Under the pieces are notes generated by a model that was not told the origin of the DNA, ran no database searches, and saw nothing but the letters and a program-made list of their open reading frames with translations. Shown piece after piece: positions 22,699 through 34,489 of a stretch of 64,000 nucleotides of DNA. The stretch lies in NCBI GenBank assembly GCA_010909165.1, contig MU008209.1, positions 1 to 64,000 of the forward strand, in the 5' to 3' direction. Positions within the stretch are counted from its first letter, which is position 1. Each line of letters opens with the position of its first letter. This DNA comes from Anthoceros angustus (lineage: Eukaryota > Plantae > Anthocerotophyta). The position numbers were made by a program, and so were the translations under genes.

Positions 22699-24073
22699 AT
22701 GGATCCAGAAGCTGCAGCGCCCAGCTCTGAGGATGTGACGACAGCTGCAGCTGGCAACCCGAGCTCTACAGGAGCCGCAGCTGCGCAAATTCCCCGTCGC
22801 CGTCGCGGTCGTCCATTGGGGTGGAGGAAGGAACCTGCACCGGTGGATTCCAAAGCTAATCCTGGAGTTGCAGGAGCCGGAACAGTTGCAGGTGGATCTC
22901 AAGGAGAGGCCAGAGCAGCTGTCGAGCAGGAGAAAGAAGTTTCCCTCAAGCGTCGTAGGCGCCTCAAAGGATCCAAGAACAAGCCCATCAACTTAGAGGA
23001 CGGAGGTAGGCCAGGTCCTGGGCTTCCCAAAGGATCTAAGGACAAGCCCGCAGAGGTAGGGATGTTGCCCACTATGATTTGCAGCATCCCATTCCTGAAG
23101 CTGAAGTCGACAATGCCCGCTTGTTGAAAGTACCGGTCCCGAGGCACAAGCGAAGGAGGAAGAATGAGGAGATGGAGGAAGGTGGCGCTTTGCATGGCCA
23201 GGAAAGTCCAAGGGGTATAGAAGCTCCTGGAACCGACAACGAAGGGGACGCATGCGCAATGGACCATACAGATTATGTTTGGGCAAGGAATGAACTTGCT
23301 TGCAGAGCATCGTGTGGAGACTCGGAGATGTTGAATCGCATAGAACGCTACATGATGGGTGATGGTGATTTGGAGCTGAGTGATTTGGAGCCGAAAATTA
23401 CAGGGCACAGGCCGGGGTTCTTCGCCTTCTCCTGCAGAGCCGGAGAGTTTGAGCTTGTGTCAAGGTCTTGATGGTGATGGGAATGTGATTCCCGCTTGGC
23501 ATCCACAGGTCCAGAAGGGGATGCGACAGCTTCAGCCAACCCGAGGAATGCAGAAGCCGCAGCTAGTGTGACAATGCCCCAGCGGTCGACCCAAAGGGTC
23601 TAGGAACAGACCAAGGCACTAGGGGCCCCGAGCCACTGGTGATGTCCAAGGCCAGCATTTGGATATCCCTTGAAGAAGAGCACCATGAAGGGTATCCCCT
23701 TGAAGTGGGCTGATCTGGTTCTTGAAGCTCGGAAATGTAGTATGCAAGATGGCGTTCAGGTTAATGAGGGGCCATTCAGCAAGCATGCGGCTGCTGTTAA
23801 CCAACAGGTCATTCAAGAGGATGTCAACTGGGTTGGGAATGAGGAATTGATCCTAATCAAGGTATTCAGGACGAGGATAATCGGAATCAGGATAACCTTG
23901 AAGCCGATCTGAATTTAACACCGTCGGTCACGGGTTCAACTGTCAACTTGAATTCCACTGCTGTGCCATTTCTTGAAGCTCGGAGCCTTAGGAAACAGGG
24001 TGGCGTTCAGGGTTATGAAGGATCATGCAGCCAGCATGCTGCTGTTCACCTAGAGACCATTCAATTGGGTGCT
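22699..24073 (+). pseudogene. Mirror-image, 3'-truncated copy of AT-hook paralog B
   Basis: ORFs 22699-23127, 23079-23471 and 23670-23912 match the minus-strand ORFs of the left arm. Confidence 0.8.
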
Positions 24074-25141
24074 ACATTTCCGAGCTTCAAGAACCAGATC
24101 AGCCCACTTCAAGGGGATACCCTTCATGGTGCTCTTCTTCAAGGGGATATCCAAATGCTGGCCTTGGACATCACCAGTGGCTCTGGCGGGGCCCCCTAGT
24201 GCCTTGGGTCTGTTCCTAGACCCTTTGGGTCGACCGCGGCGCCGGGGCATTGTCACACTAGCTGCGGCTTCTGCATTCCTCGGGTTGGCTGAAGCTGTCG
24301 CATCCCCTTCTGGACCTGTGGATGCCAAGAAGCGGGGAATCACATTCCCATCACCATCAAGACCTTGACACAAGCTCAAACTCTCCGGCTCTGCAGGAGA
24401 AGGCGAAGAACCCGGCCCCGGCTCCGTGTGCCCTGTAATTTTCGGCTCCAAATCACTCAGCTCCAAATCACCATCACCCATCATGTAGCGTTCTATGCGA
24501 TTCAACATCTCCGAGTCTCCACACGATGCTCTGCAAGCAAGTTCATTCCTTGCCCAAACATAATCTGTATGGTCCATTGCGCATGCGTCCCCTTCGTTGT
24601 CGGTTCCAGGAGCTTCTATACCCCTTGGACTTTCCTGGCCATGCAAAGCGCCACCTTCCTCCATCTCCTCATTCTTCCTCCTTCGCTTGTGCTCCTCGGG
24701 ACCGGTACTTTCAACAAGCGGGGCATTGTCGACTTCAGCTTCAGGAATGGGATGCTGCAAATCATAGTGGGCAACATCCCCTACCTCTGCGGGCTTGTCC
24801 TTAGATCCTTTGGGAAGCCCAGGACCTGGCCTACCTCCGTCCTCTAAGTTGATGGGCTTGTTCTTGGATCCTTTGAGGCGCCTACGACGCTTGAGGGAAA
24901 CTTCTTTCTCCTGCTCGACAGCTGCTCTGGCCTCTCCTTGAGATCCACCTGCAACTGTTCCGGCTCCTGCAACTCCAGGATTAGCTTTGGAATCCACCGG
25001 TGCAGGTTCCTTCCTCCACCCCAATGGACGACCGCGACGGCGACGGGGAATTTGCGCAGCTGCGGCTCCTGTAGAGCTCGGGTTGCCAGCTGCAGCTGTC
25101 GTCACATCCTCAGAGCTGGGCGCTGCAGCTTCTGGATCCAT
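24050..25141 (-). CDS. AT-hook paralog B, 5' part in one open frame (363 aa), truncated at the 24073 junction
   Basis: ORF track 24050-25141 with RRRGRPLG and RRRGRPKGS. It joins segments that are frameshifted in the palindrome copies. Confidence 0.55.
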   Translation of the reverse strand: MDPEAAAPSSEDVTTAAAGNPSSTGAAAAQIPRRRRGRPLGWRKEPAPVDSKANPGVAGAGTVAGGSQGEARAAVEQEKEVSLKRRRRLKGSKNKPINLEDGGRPGPGLPKGSKDKPAEVGDVAHYDLQHPIPEAEVDNAPLVESTGPEEHKRRRKNEEMEEGGALHGQESPRGIEAPGTDNEGDACAMDHTDYVWARNELACRASCGDSEMLNRIERYMMGDGDLELSDLEPKITGHTEPGPGSSPSPAEPESLSLCQGLDGDGNVIPRFLASTGPEGDATASANPRNAEAAASVTMPRRRGRPKGSRNRPKALGGPARATGDVQGQHLDIPLKKSTMKGIPLKWADLVLEARKCSTQLNGL

Positions 25142-28100
25142 TGGCAGGCCTGGCGAACCCCTTAGGCAGCCTTCAGTACATGGAGCTCTCCACCGCTCAC
25201 TGCAGCTGTAGATGCCGGAAGCCGGGCCTCACTTCCCCATCACCACAAGCTCCACAGAAGCTCGCGCCTAAGAAAAAACTGAAGCTCGGCTCCCTGTGCC
25301 CTGGATTCGGCTGCAATCATTCCCTCCAAACAGCGGACTTCAAAATCACCTACAAGATCCATATGAATATATGAAGACCTATAAGCTCTCATGAATACCT
25401 ATATCGCTAATTGCAGGCCCTACATAACATACATATAGTAACACCCCCTTTTCAGCGAGGTGGGGCAGTCACGCAGTTAGCTAGGCCTCCAAGTAGCCCG
25501 CCGTCCTTCCACGGGACGACTCGCAGTCAGCACATCTGCCGCTGCTATTTATTCCAGCAAGAGTCAACAAGAATACATGAGAGATCAGAGAGAGCTCCCC
25601 ATCTTTGCCTAAGCTAGGAGCTTAGCCTCTCCCTCGATCTCCTCCTCAACAGCCTCCTCTAGCACGCTCACACTCCGGGCTCCCAAGGCCTCTAGGCACC
25701 AGTCCTATCCTCAAGAGTGTAGCTCCCAAGTGCTAGAATCACAAGATATATCTCTCTAGGGCTAGCCTCATCTCCTTATATAGGGAGGCTTACATCATTT
25801 CCAAAGTAACTGCTAAAAGCAGACTTTCTTCCTTAAGCCCTAAGCTAAGTCTTACCACCACTACTTACAACTTACTAACTAGATCCAGGGCTGCATGCTT
25901 CTCATGCAAGGCTCGTTACTCATATGGCAATTGTCCGTCAAAATTCCTCTTAAAGTTTGATAGCCACGCTATATAACCCGTGGTAGGCCCCATCACTTAA
26001 CTCTCATTTAACAAGGTTTCTTTTTGCACACGGACTTGGCCGGACCCCTTTTTGCACTTGAAAAAATCCGTACTATAATCAGGCTTTTTGATATTTCTCT
26101 GCAGACATGTTACCCGTAACCTTTTGAATAATTGTTTTGATACACGTTATTTGATATTGTAGATTGCAAGTACGTGGCAAAAACCTAAAGTCCCATTCTC
26201 GCTTTTTTTCAAATCGACACAAGTCACAAAAACTTATGCACTTACATCTAATGCCCAACATCTAGCAATCATTGCCAGGTGTTGGACATATACAAACATT
26301 TAGAGTTTTTAGAGCTTGCTGTAACTCTAGTGTGCAAACTTGTTTGCGTACCTACCTTTCATTCATACTAGTCAATCCTATGACTATACTCTCGCTTCGA
26401 GAATTTTACAGGACTTTGTTCCTTAGACATTGGGACAATAATATCTTCTTTGGCCTGATGCTCTTGATCCACGTCTAGTGCGAGAATGAGAGTGGCATGG
26501 TCTGTACTTAGAGCTGGGTCCACACCAAACGTCTCAAGATTCAAAAGATGCAAAAGATTCTCACTACTAGTTCAAAGTTTTAACCACTAGAAAAAAGATG
26601 AGGGTTAAGTAAAGATAAGAATATATCCACATTAGGGAGCTACACAAAAAAGGTTGAAAACGTCGAAAGGAACCCTTTAAAACAATAAAAATATCAAAAC
26701 AAATACAAAAAAATGAAAAAAATTGTCAAACTTTTATAGCAAGTGTGCGCATTTGCCTAAAAAAACTGGACTTTTTTGTAATTTTTTAAGGGGTGTTTAG
26801 GGTTTGTTTAGACTTTTTGCTCTTTTTTTTCTGTGGATGAACCGTCTGGGAATGCACTAGGAGGCATGAACCATTCGGGTTCATGCTCCCAGGCCCTTCT
26901 TGACCTTGGGTGCGCGCACTTGTGTGCACACTTGGGCCTCCTTGTTCGGGTCGCACTTGCGCAGGCCTGCCCACAGTGCGCGCACAAGTGCACCTGCATC
27001 CTGCCCCCCTGGTGCGCGCGGCACCGGCCCTCCTGCCCCGTGCACCACGCCCTGCTGGTGGTGCTTGTGGCGCACCCGGGCCCCCTTGCCCCCTGGTGCA
27101 TGCACTTGTTCACCCAGCTGGGCCCCCCTAGCATGTTTGATGATAACCCGGTACTAGGTCACCGCCGAAAGAGACGGAAACACCGTAAAGAACAAAAAGG
27201 GGATAGGGTGTTCTTCGTCGCATTAGGGCATAGGATAGGTATATAAGAGTGGTCTAAGTGAACCTTCGCCGATGTCTGCTACTTGTTATTTTGTCAGGAG
27301 TTCCGACAGATCCTCAGACCGCCAAAAGGACATGCTTCCCCATTAGAAGATCATTTTTCGCGTTCTTTTTGCACAGTGCATGCACAAGTTTGCACATAGC
27401 GTTGTTTAGGCGCGCACTTATGCGCGCCTAGGCCCCCTGGTATACAAAAACATACAAAACCACACAAAATGCAGAAACTACGGACATGACGAAATTATGG
27501 AACAATGAGGTCACTGGCCCTTCATCACACCGACTAAATCGCCATGAACCTGAGTATAAGGCGCCAGCGCGGTGTAAATGATTGACAGGAAGTGGAGCCG
27601 TACCCGAGAATGCCCGAAACCGATGGATGAACACCTACAAAAACCAACAAAAACCAAACCAACTTCAGTTTCCGGCGAAATAGGGTTGGGATTTTTTCCA
27701 AAACCCCTTTTGACAGGAGAAACCCCTTTCTAAACAGACGCTGTTCTATGGACAAATCCATATGTCCATGCCCATCTACATGCCACATGCCATACATCGG
27801 TCACATGAACATACACGTGTCATGCACCCATGGCATCATCCATCATGCATCCTAGCTACACAGCCTATAGCTTTATTATGTACACAGCCTCTTGTCAGTC
27901 CATGCCATGACAGCTGTCGCGCCGTGAGGCAGCATAGCTGTCCATGGCCACATTAGGTCACGGCTAAGGTCTCAATCTTTGAAGCACTAAGCTTCAGGGT
28001 TTGGATAAGCCACCAAAATAAGCTTATCACTTAAACATGTACTTATAAGCCTGCAAAATAGGCTTATTGGCTAACTACCAAAGCCACAAAACAAAAAAGA

Positions 28101-29497
28101 AGAACTTGGTAAAATCCTAATCCCACGAACAGCCCTCCTGCAAAATCTGGTGACCAAACATTAGCAAGGGAACCAGAGTTTGCACCTAGAGCTACCAAAA
28201 ACCAAACCACCGAGAAGCAAATCGCTTGGAGATGCTAGTCTCAGAGATTAGCGGGGGAGGAGGATGCAAATCATCTTCCTCGTCGCCAGACATTGGCTCG
28301 GGCTTGATCTCCACCAATTCACCCGATGGGATGGTGCTGTCTGAGTCCAGATCACTGTCTTGGATAATCACCTCATCAATGTGGTAGGGCGTGGAGCGAG
28401 TTGCCAACTTGACATGCATCTTGATATGTGCCTGTTCAGCAAATGACGCCCCTTTGTCTCACCCTGGATCGCTGTCCAGTCGGAGCAAGTCAGCAGTCTT
28501 CACATGGCAGCCCTCCAGCCTAAAGATATCTAACTGGGCAACATCAAACAACTCTCACAGTACCAATCTCCTGCCGGTACTGTTGTGAGTCGAGGTCGCA
28601 AACGGCACATGAGAAGGCCTTTGTTGCATCGATCACAGAGCAACATGAGCTCAGGATCTATGATGTGGCCACATTTTTCACATGGTAAATCAGTGGGAGG
28701 AACCCAAACCTGAGGTCTTACTGTGGTATCGAGGTTGGGCAAGTGGCACGGGGCCAAATGCTTCATGTGCTCTTTGCACCGACGTCCATCACTCCCTTCA
28801 AGTTCAATGACCCCTTGGTCTCCACTTGCACGACTCTAAGGATAAGCCTCCCAGTGCTCACATCCAGGGTGCCCGTAGGCCTATGCTGCAAGTAGACAAA
28901 ATCTCCTGCCTAAAATTTTCGAGCCTTGCTCTACAAACCTCCACGAGTAAAGGCATAGCGAAGCTGGTCCCTATGTTGAGCAATGTCTAAGTTGTCCATT
29001 GCCATGGGCAACACCTGCTTCAATAATCTGCCTCTTGCTTGTAGCTCTTGCAAACATGCATCCGAGTTCGCTCGCCTCGGTTTTGAATGCGGGATGCAAG
29101 CATCCTACCAATTCATTCCGCTCCCCCTTGAAACATATGGGGCGCTATTAAGGACTTTTCTCTAATCCTCCGCCAAGGCTTATCATGCCTATAGGCGGTT
29201 GGGTCTGTCCCTCTCCCACTTTAAATAGTGAGTCTCAATTGCTCTTCAACGGCCCTCTCCATGGCAATCATCTACAAAATGGTGATAGCAAGTGACGTAT
29301 CATCTTTCTACCTCCGTAGTTTGTAGGACGCAAGTGACGTATCATCTTTCTACCTCCGTAGGTTGTGGGATGGCAAGTGACATATCATCTTTCTACCTCC
29401 TTAGTTTGTAGGTCGACAAGTGTCGTATCATCTTTCTACCTCCGTAGTTTGTAGGGAATGATGAAGTGACGTATCATCCTTCTACCTCCTTAGTTTG
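24072..29497. repeat. Third copy (direct orientation) of the unit beginning at 13589
   Basis: CTACATTTCCGAGCTTCAAG at 24072 equals 13589. It is colinear through the LTR, the PHD region and the 38-bp array, with many small indels. Confidence 0.92.
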
Positions 29498-30377
29498 GGC
29501 CGAGAAATATCATCCCTCTTGTCTCCCACAACATGTTCATGGACACTCTTCTCCACTTCAATGGGATTGCCTTTGCAGGCTTCTTTTAACCACTGCAGAT
29601 TTTCTCATATGGTGTATTATGTTTGCTTCCTCCCAGCTGCCACTATGTGAATAAATATTGGATATGAGCACATAGCTAGTAGCCTGTTGAGTTTCACGTC
29701 GTTGCTTTAACATACTGCGAGCTGCATTCCGATCCAATCAAGCCCACATGACTGCAGGCCGCTAGGGATATCGATATGAAAGTCTTCACATCAGGTTCAC
29801 CTCACGTTGTTTCATCTCCTCAAAATAGGAAATGGCCATTTGGCACTCTCTCTTGCTGGCCATAGCTAAGAATCAGATGATTCATATATATCCATGCATG
29901 CTGGCCATATTGCAACTCTCTATCCAGAAACCGGTCAAACACACACTGTGCCTCCACCGTGCTCAACTCAGCATACATGTACACACCAAGGTGTGGCCAA
30001 TCAGGATGTCAGCCTCGAGCCCCTCTTTCAAGGATCTGCACATGAGTCCGCCTACCCTGCTGTCTAGACCCAGGGCTGGCCGTCTGCAAAATGCCGGCTA
30101 GCTGTCTGCAAAACTGGTGCATGTCGTGAGAAACTGTTGCCGCACTCAGAGCGCGATGCAAGTCCCAACCGTATGTTGGCGAAGCATTATAATGAACATG
30201 TACAAGAGGGATGTATCTCTCTACCTCTTACATCGCCATCGCATTCTCTAAATGACCCAGGTTCATTGCATTCACTGCTGCTATTCAGGGACAAATTAGC
30301 TTCAGGAGACTTAGAGTGCAAGGCTTTTCACTTTGCGGGATTAATCACACTTTCTGGTCAGGGTCTATTGTTTGATG
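29495..30377. repeat. Inverted copy of ~11106-11997 (PPR remnant block)
   Basis: Starts TTGGGCCGAGAAATATCATCC (reverse complement of 11977-11997) and shares the 53-bp deletion of the 11-kb copy. Confidence 0.9.
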
Positions 30378-33240
30378 ATAACCCGGTACTAGGTCATAGA
30401 AAGAGGAAACAGTAAAGAACAAAAGGGATAGGGTGTTCTTCGTCGCATTAGGGCATAGGATAGGTATATAAGAGTGGTCTAAGTGAACCTTCGCCGATGT
30501 CTCTACTTGTTATTTTGTCGAGTTCCATCCTCGATGCCAAAGGACATGCTTCCCCATTAGAAGATCATTTTTGCGTTCTTTTTACATGCATGCACAAGTT
30601 TGCACATAAGCGTTGTTTAGGCGCACTTATGCGCCTAGGCCCCTCATACAAAACATACAAAACTACACAAAATGCAAAACTACGGACATGGAAATTGAAC
30701 AATGAGGTCATCGGCCCTTCATCACACCGACTAAATCGCCATGAACCTCGATAAAGGCGCCGTAGCGGTGTAAATGATTGACAGGAAGTGGAGCACGTGA
30801 GAATGCCCAAACCGATGGATGAACACCTACAAAACCAACAAAACCAAACCAACTTCGGTTCCGGAAATAGGGTTGGGATTTTTCCAAAACCCTTTGACAG
30901 AGAAACCCTTTCTAACAGAATGCTCTATGGACAAATCCATATGTCCATGCCCATCTACATGCCACATGCCATACATCGTCACATGAACATACACGTGTCA
31001 TGCACCCATGGCATCATCCATCATGCATCCTAGCTACGACCTATAGCTTTATTATGTACACACTCTTGTCCATGCCATGGCCAATGTCGCTGTGTGAGGC
31101 GGCATAGCTGTCCATGGCCTGATAAATCCGGCTAAGGTCTCAATCTTTGAAGCACTAAGCTTGAGGTTTGGATAAGCCACCAAAATAAGCTTATCACTTA
31201 AACATGTACTTATAAGCCTGCAAAATAGGCTTATTGGCTAACTACCAAAGCCACAAAACAAAATGCAAAACTACGGACATGACGAAATTATGGAACAATG
31301 AGGTCGGCCCTTCATCACACCGACTAAATCGCCATGAACCTCGTTATAAAGGCGCCGGTGGTGTAAATGATTGACAGGAAGTGGGCTGCAGAATGCCCGA
31401 TGGATGAACACCTACAAAACCAACAAAACCAAACCAACTTCCGGAAATAGGGTTGGGATTTTTCCAAAACCCTTTGACAGAAAGAAACCCTTTCTAAGCA
31501 GACATTCTATGGACAAATCCATATGTCCATGCCCATCTACATGCCACATGCCATACATCGGTCACATGAACATACACGTGTCATGCACCCATGGCATCAT
31601 CCATCATGCATCCTAGCTACGACCTATAGCTTTATTATGTACACCTCTTGTCGGTCCATGCCATGGCCAATGTCGCGGTGGCGAGCACATCCATAGCTGA
31701 TAAATCATAAGGTCTCAATCTTTGAAGCACTAAGCTTGAGGTTTGGATAAGCCACCAAAATAAGCTTATCACTTAAACATGTACTTATAAGCCTGCAAAA
31801 TAGGCTTATTGGCTAACTACCAAAGCCACAAAACAAAAAGAAGAACTTGGTAAAATCCTAATCCCACGAACATGCCCTCCTGCAAAACTGGTGACCAAAC
31901 ATTAGCAAGGAACCGTAGTTTGCACCTAAACTACCAAAACCAAACCACCGAGAAGCAAATCGCTTGGAGATGCTAGTCTCGAGAGATTAGCGGGGAGGAG
32001 GATGCAAATCATCTTCCTCGTCGCGACATTGGCTCGGGCTTGATCTCCACCAATTCACCCGATGGGATGGTGCTCGAGTCCGAGATCACATCTTGGATAA
32101 TCACCTCATCAATGTGGTAGGGCGTGGGCGAGTTGCCAACTTGACATGCATCTTGATATGTGCCTGTCAAAAATGACGCCTTTGTCTCACCCCAAGCGCT
32201 GTGTCCGAGCTGAACCGCGTTCTCTTCACATGGCAGCCCTCCGCCTAAAGATATCTAATCGGGCAACATCAAACAACTCTCACAGTACCAATCTCTCACC
32301 GATCTTGTTGTGAGTCGAGGTCGCAAACGGCACATGAGAAGGCCTTTGTTGCATCGATCACGAGCAACATGAGCTCGGGATCTATGATGTGGCCACATTT
32401 TTCACATGGTAAAATCGCTGGGAGGAACCCAAACACGAGGTCTTCTGTGGTATCGAGGTTGGGCAAGTGGCGCAAAGTGCCAAATGCTTCATGTGCTCTT
32501 TGCACCGACGTCCATCACTCCCTTCAAGTTCAATGACCCCTTGGTCTCCACTTGCACGACTCTAAGGATAAGCCTCCCAGTGCTCACATCCAGGGTGCCC
32601 GTAGGCCTATGCTGCAAGTAGACAAAATCTCCTGCCTAAAATTTTCGAGCCTTGGGTTTCCACAAACCTCCACGAGTAAAGGCATAGCGAAGCTGGTCCC
32701 TATGTTGAGCAATGTCTAAGTTGTCCATTGCCATGGGCAACACCTGCTTCAATAATCTGCCTCTTGCTTGTAGCTCTTGCAAACATGCATCCGAGTTGCT
32801 GCTCCAGTCTACTGGTTTTGAATGCGGGATGCAAGCATCCTACCAATTCATTCCGCTCCCCCTTGAAACATATGGGGCGTTGGCTAAGGACTTTTCTCTA
32901 ATCCTCCGCCAAGGCTTATCATGCCTATAGGCGCGGTGCGGGGCTGTCCCTCTCCCACTTTAAATAGTGAGTCTCAATTGCTCTTCAACGGGCCCTCTCC
33001 ATGGCAATCATCTACAAAATGGTGATAGCAAGTGACGTATCATCTTTCTACCTCCGTAGTTTGTAGGACGCAAGTGACGTATCATCTTTCTACCTCCGTA
33101 GGTTGTGGGATGGCAAGTGACATATCATCTTTCTACCTCCTTAGTTTGTAGGTCGACAAGTGTCGTATCATCTTTCTACCTCCGTAGTTTGTAGGACGGT
33201 AAGTGACGTATCATCCTTCTACCTCCTTAGTTTGTAGGCC
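30369..33240. repeat. Fourth copy of the LTR-integrase/PHD-tandem unit, with an internal ~0.57-kb duplication at ~31260, running into unique sequence
   Basis: Colinear with 16555-18660, with a jump back at ACAAAA (31258-31263). Confidence 0.9.
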
Positions 33241-33409
33241 GTTTTTGTTTCCGCATATAACATCGTAGGCATAGTCGGTAACTTTCGGTAGGGAGCTTAG
33301 TTGGTCCTTTTCACTTCGCCCCTTAGGGTCCATGTTGGTTGCCCTCTACTGGATGGGCTTCTCCTATCATCTTTTTCCCCTAAATAAAACTGTAATGCAT
33401 CCAAGCACA

Positions 33410-33625
33410 ATACAAGATTGAATTATCACATTCATCCAGATTGAATTATTACATTCATTCATATTTACATCGTAAGAGATTAAAATGGTCACATTCATTT
33501 AAGATTAAATTATCATATCCATTCAAACATGGTATGAGATTGAAATTACCACATCCATCCAAACATGGTAGGAGATTAAGATTATCACATCCATCCAAAT
33601 ACCATATGTAATTGAAATTATTATT
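33410..33625. repeat. AT-rich imperfect tandem repeat (GATTGAATTATCACATTCATCC-like)
   Basis: The motif recurs about 6 times with variable spacing. Confidence 0.65.
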
Positions 33626-34489
33626 TGTGAACCGTCCAATCCGAATACAAGAGATAATGAGCCCAATTAATTCATAGCAACCTAAACCATCCCGTGAACA
33701 AGATTACAAAATCTATAGCTCCAAACTCTATTGCTCGCTTTGCTTGCAACTCTGCTAACCGTACAACAAACTAGTTTTAAGTAAAACCTATCATTAAACT
33801 CTACTATTATAATATTTTAAAATTTTAAATAATTCTTCACAATTAAAGAGTTAATATGGACAACTCCTAAATGGAAGCTCTTGAAGCCATATGCTCCCAA
33901 TTAGGAGCTAATCAACAGCATATCCATAAATCCAGGAAAATTTGGTCGACTAATACAAGCCTATATGCAAGGTTTTCATTTGAACACTGACTCATTGCCA
34001 AATGTGTGTTTGGCAGAACTAAAAGGGCGATGCACGAACTTAGTGGTTTTTCATTTTTGGTCAGTAAAGAATATTTTTTAAAAGAAGAAATAAAAAAATA
34101 AAATGATACAGAAGAGCTCTCCACACAAACTATCATTGATGGGTCCAAGAATCAGAACAAAGACCCTAAACCTAAACATAAACAAGGAGGAGTGAAAGTG
34201 AAAATGCTCATGTGACTTGGACTACACTCATACGGGTTAGTATCCCGTACACAAATCATTTCAAGTACTCTTGCTTCTTTGCAGGCACAGACAAGCACAC
34301 ATGGTAGCCTCATACAGCTTCTCATCTCATAGCTTTGAACCGGAATGCCCAGCAATTTTGTCAAGCACTAATGAGAAGACGGGGTGGCTCTATCAAAAGG
34401 CAAGGCACAGCAGATACAGTAGAGTAATCTCGTGCAGAGACCACACATGAGGAAGGCCAGCATCTTATACATTTCGAGTCTAATCTAAA

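Larger units (their letters stand above)
13256..24073. repeat. Giant near-perfect palindrome, arms 13256-18662 and 18667-24073, loop CATA
   Basis: Mirrored ORF coordinates sum to 37329 (e.g. 16237+21092, 13417+23912). The centre reads GATGGCAAGTGA-CATA-TCACTTGCCATC. The arm differences I found are single-base homopolymer indels. Confidence 0.97.

Noticed and set aside
18577-33240. 38-40-bp repeats as a CRISPR array
   Set aside because: Head-to-tail tandem units without spacers, located in a retroelement context.
34160-34185. Telomere-like CCCTAAA/CCTAAA motifs (also near 21097 and 63658)
   Set aside because: Only one to three imperfect units, not an array.
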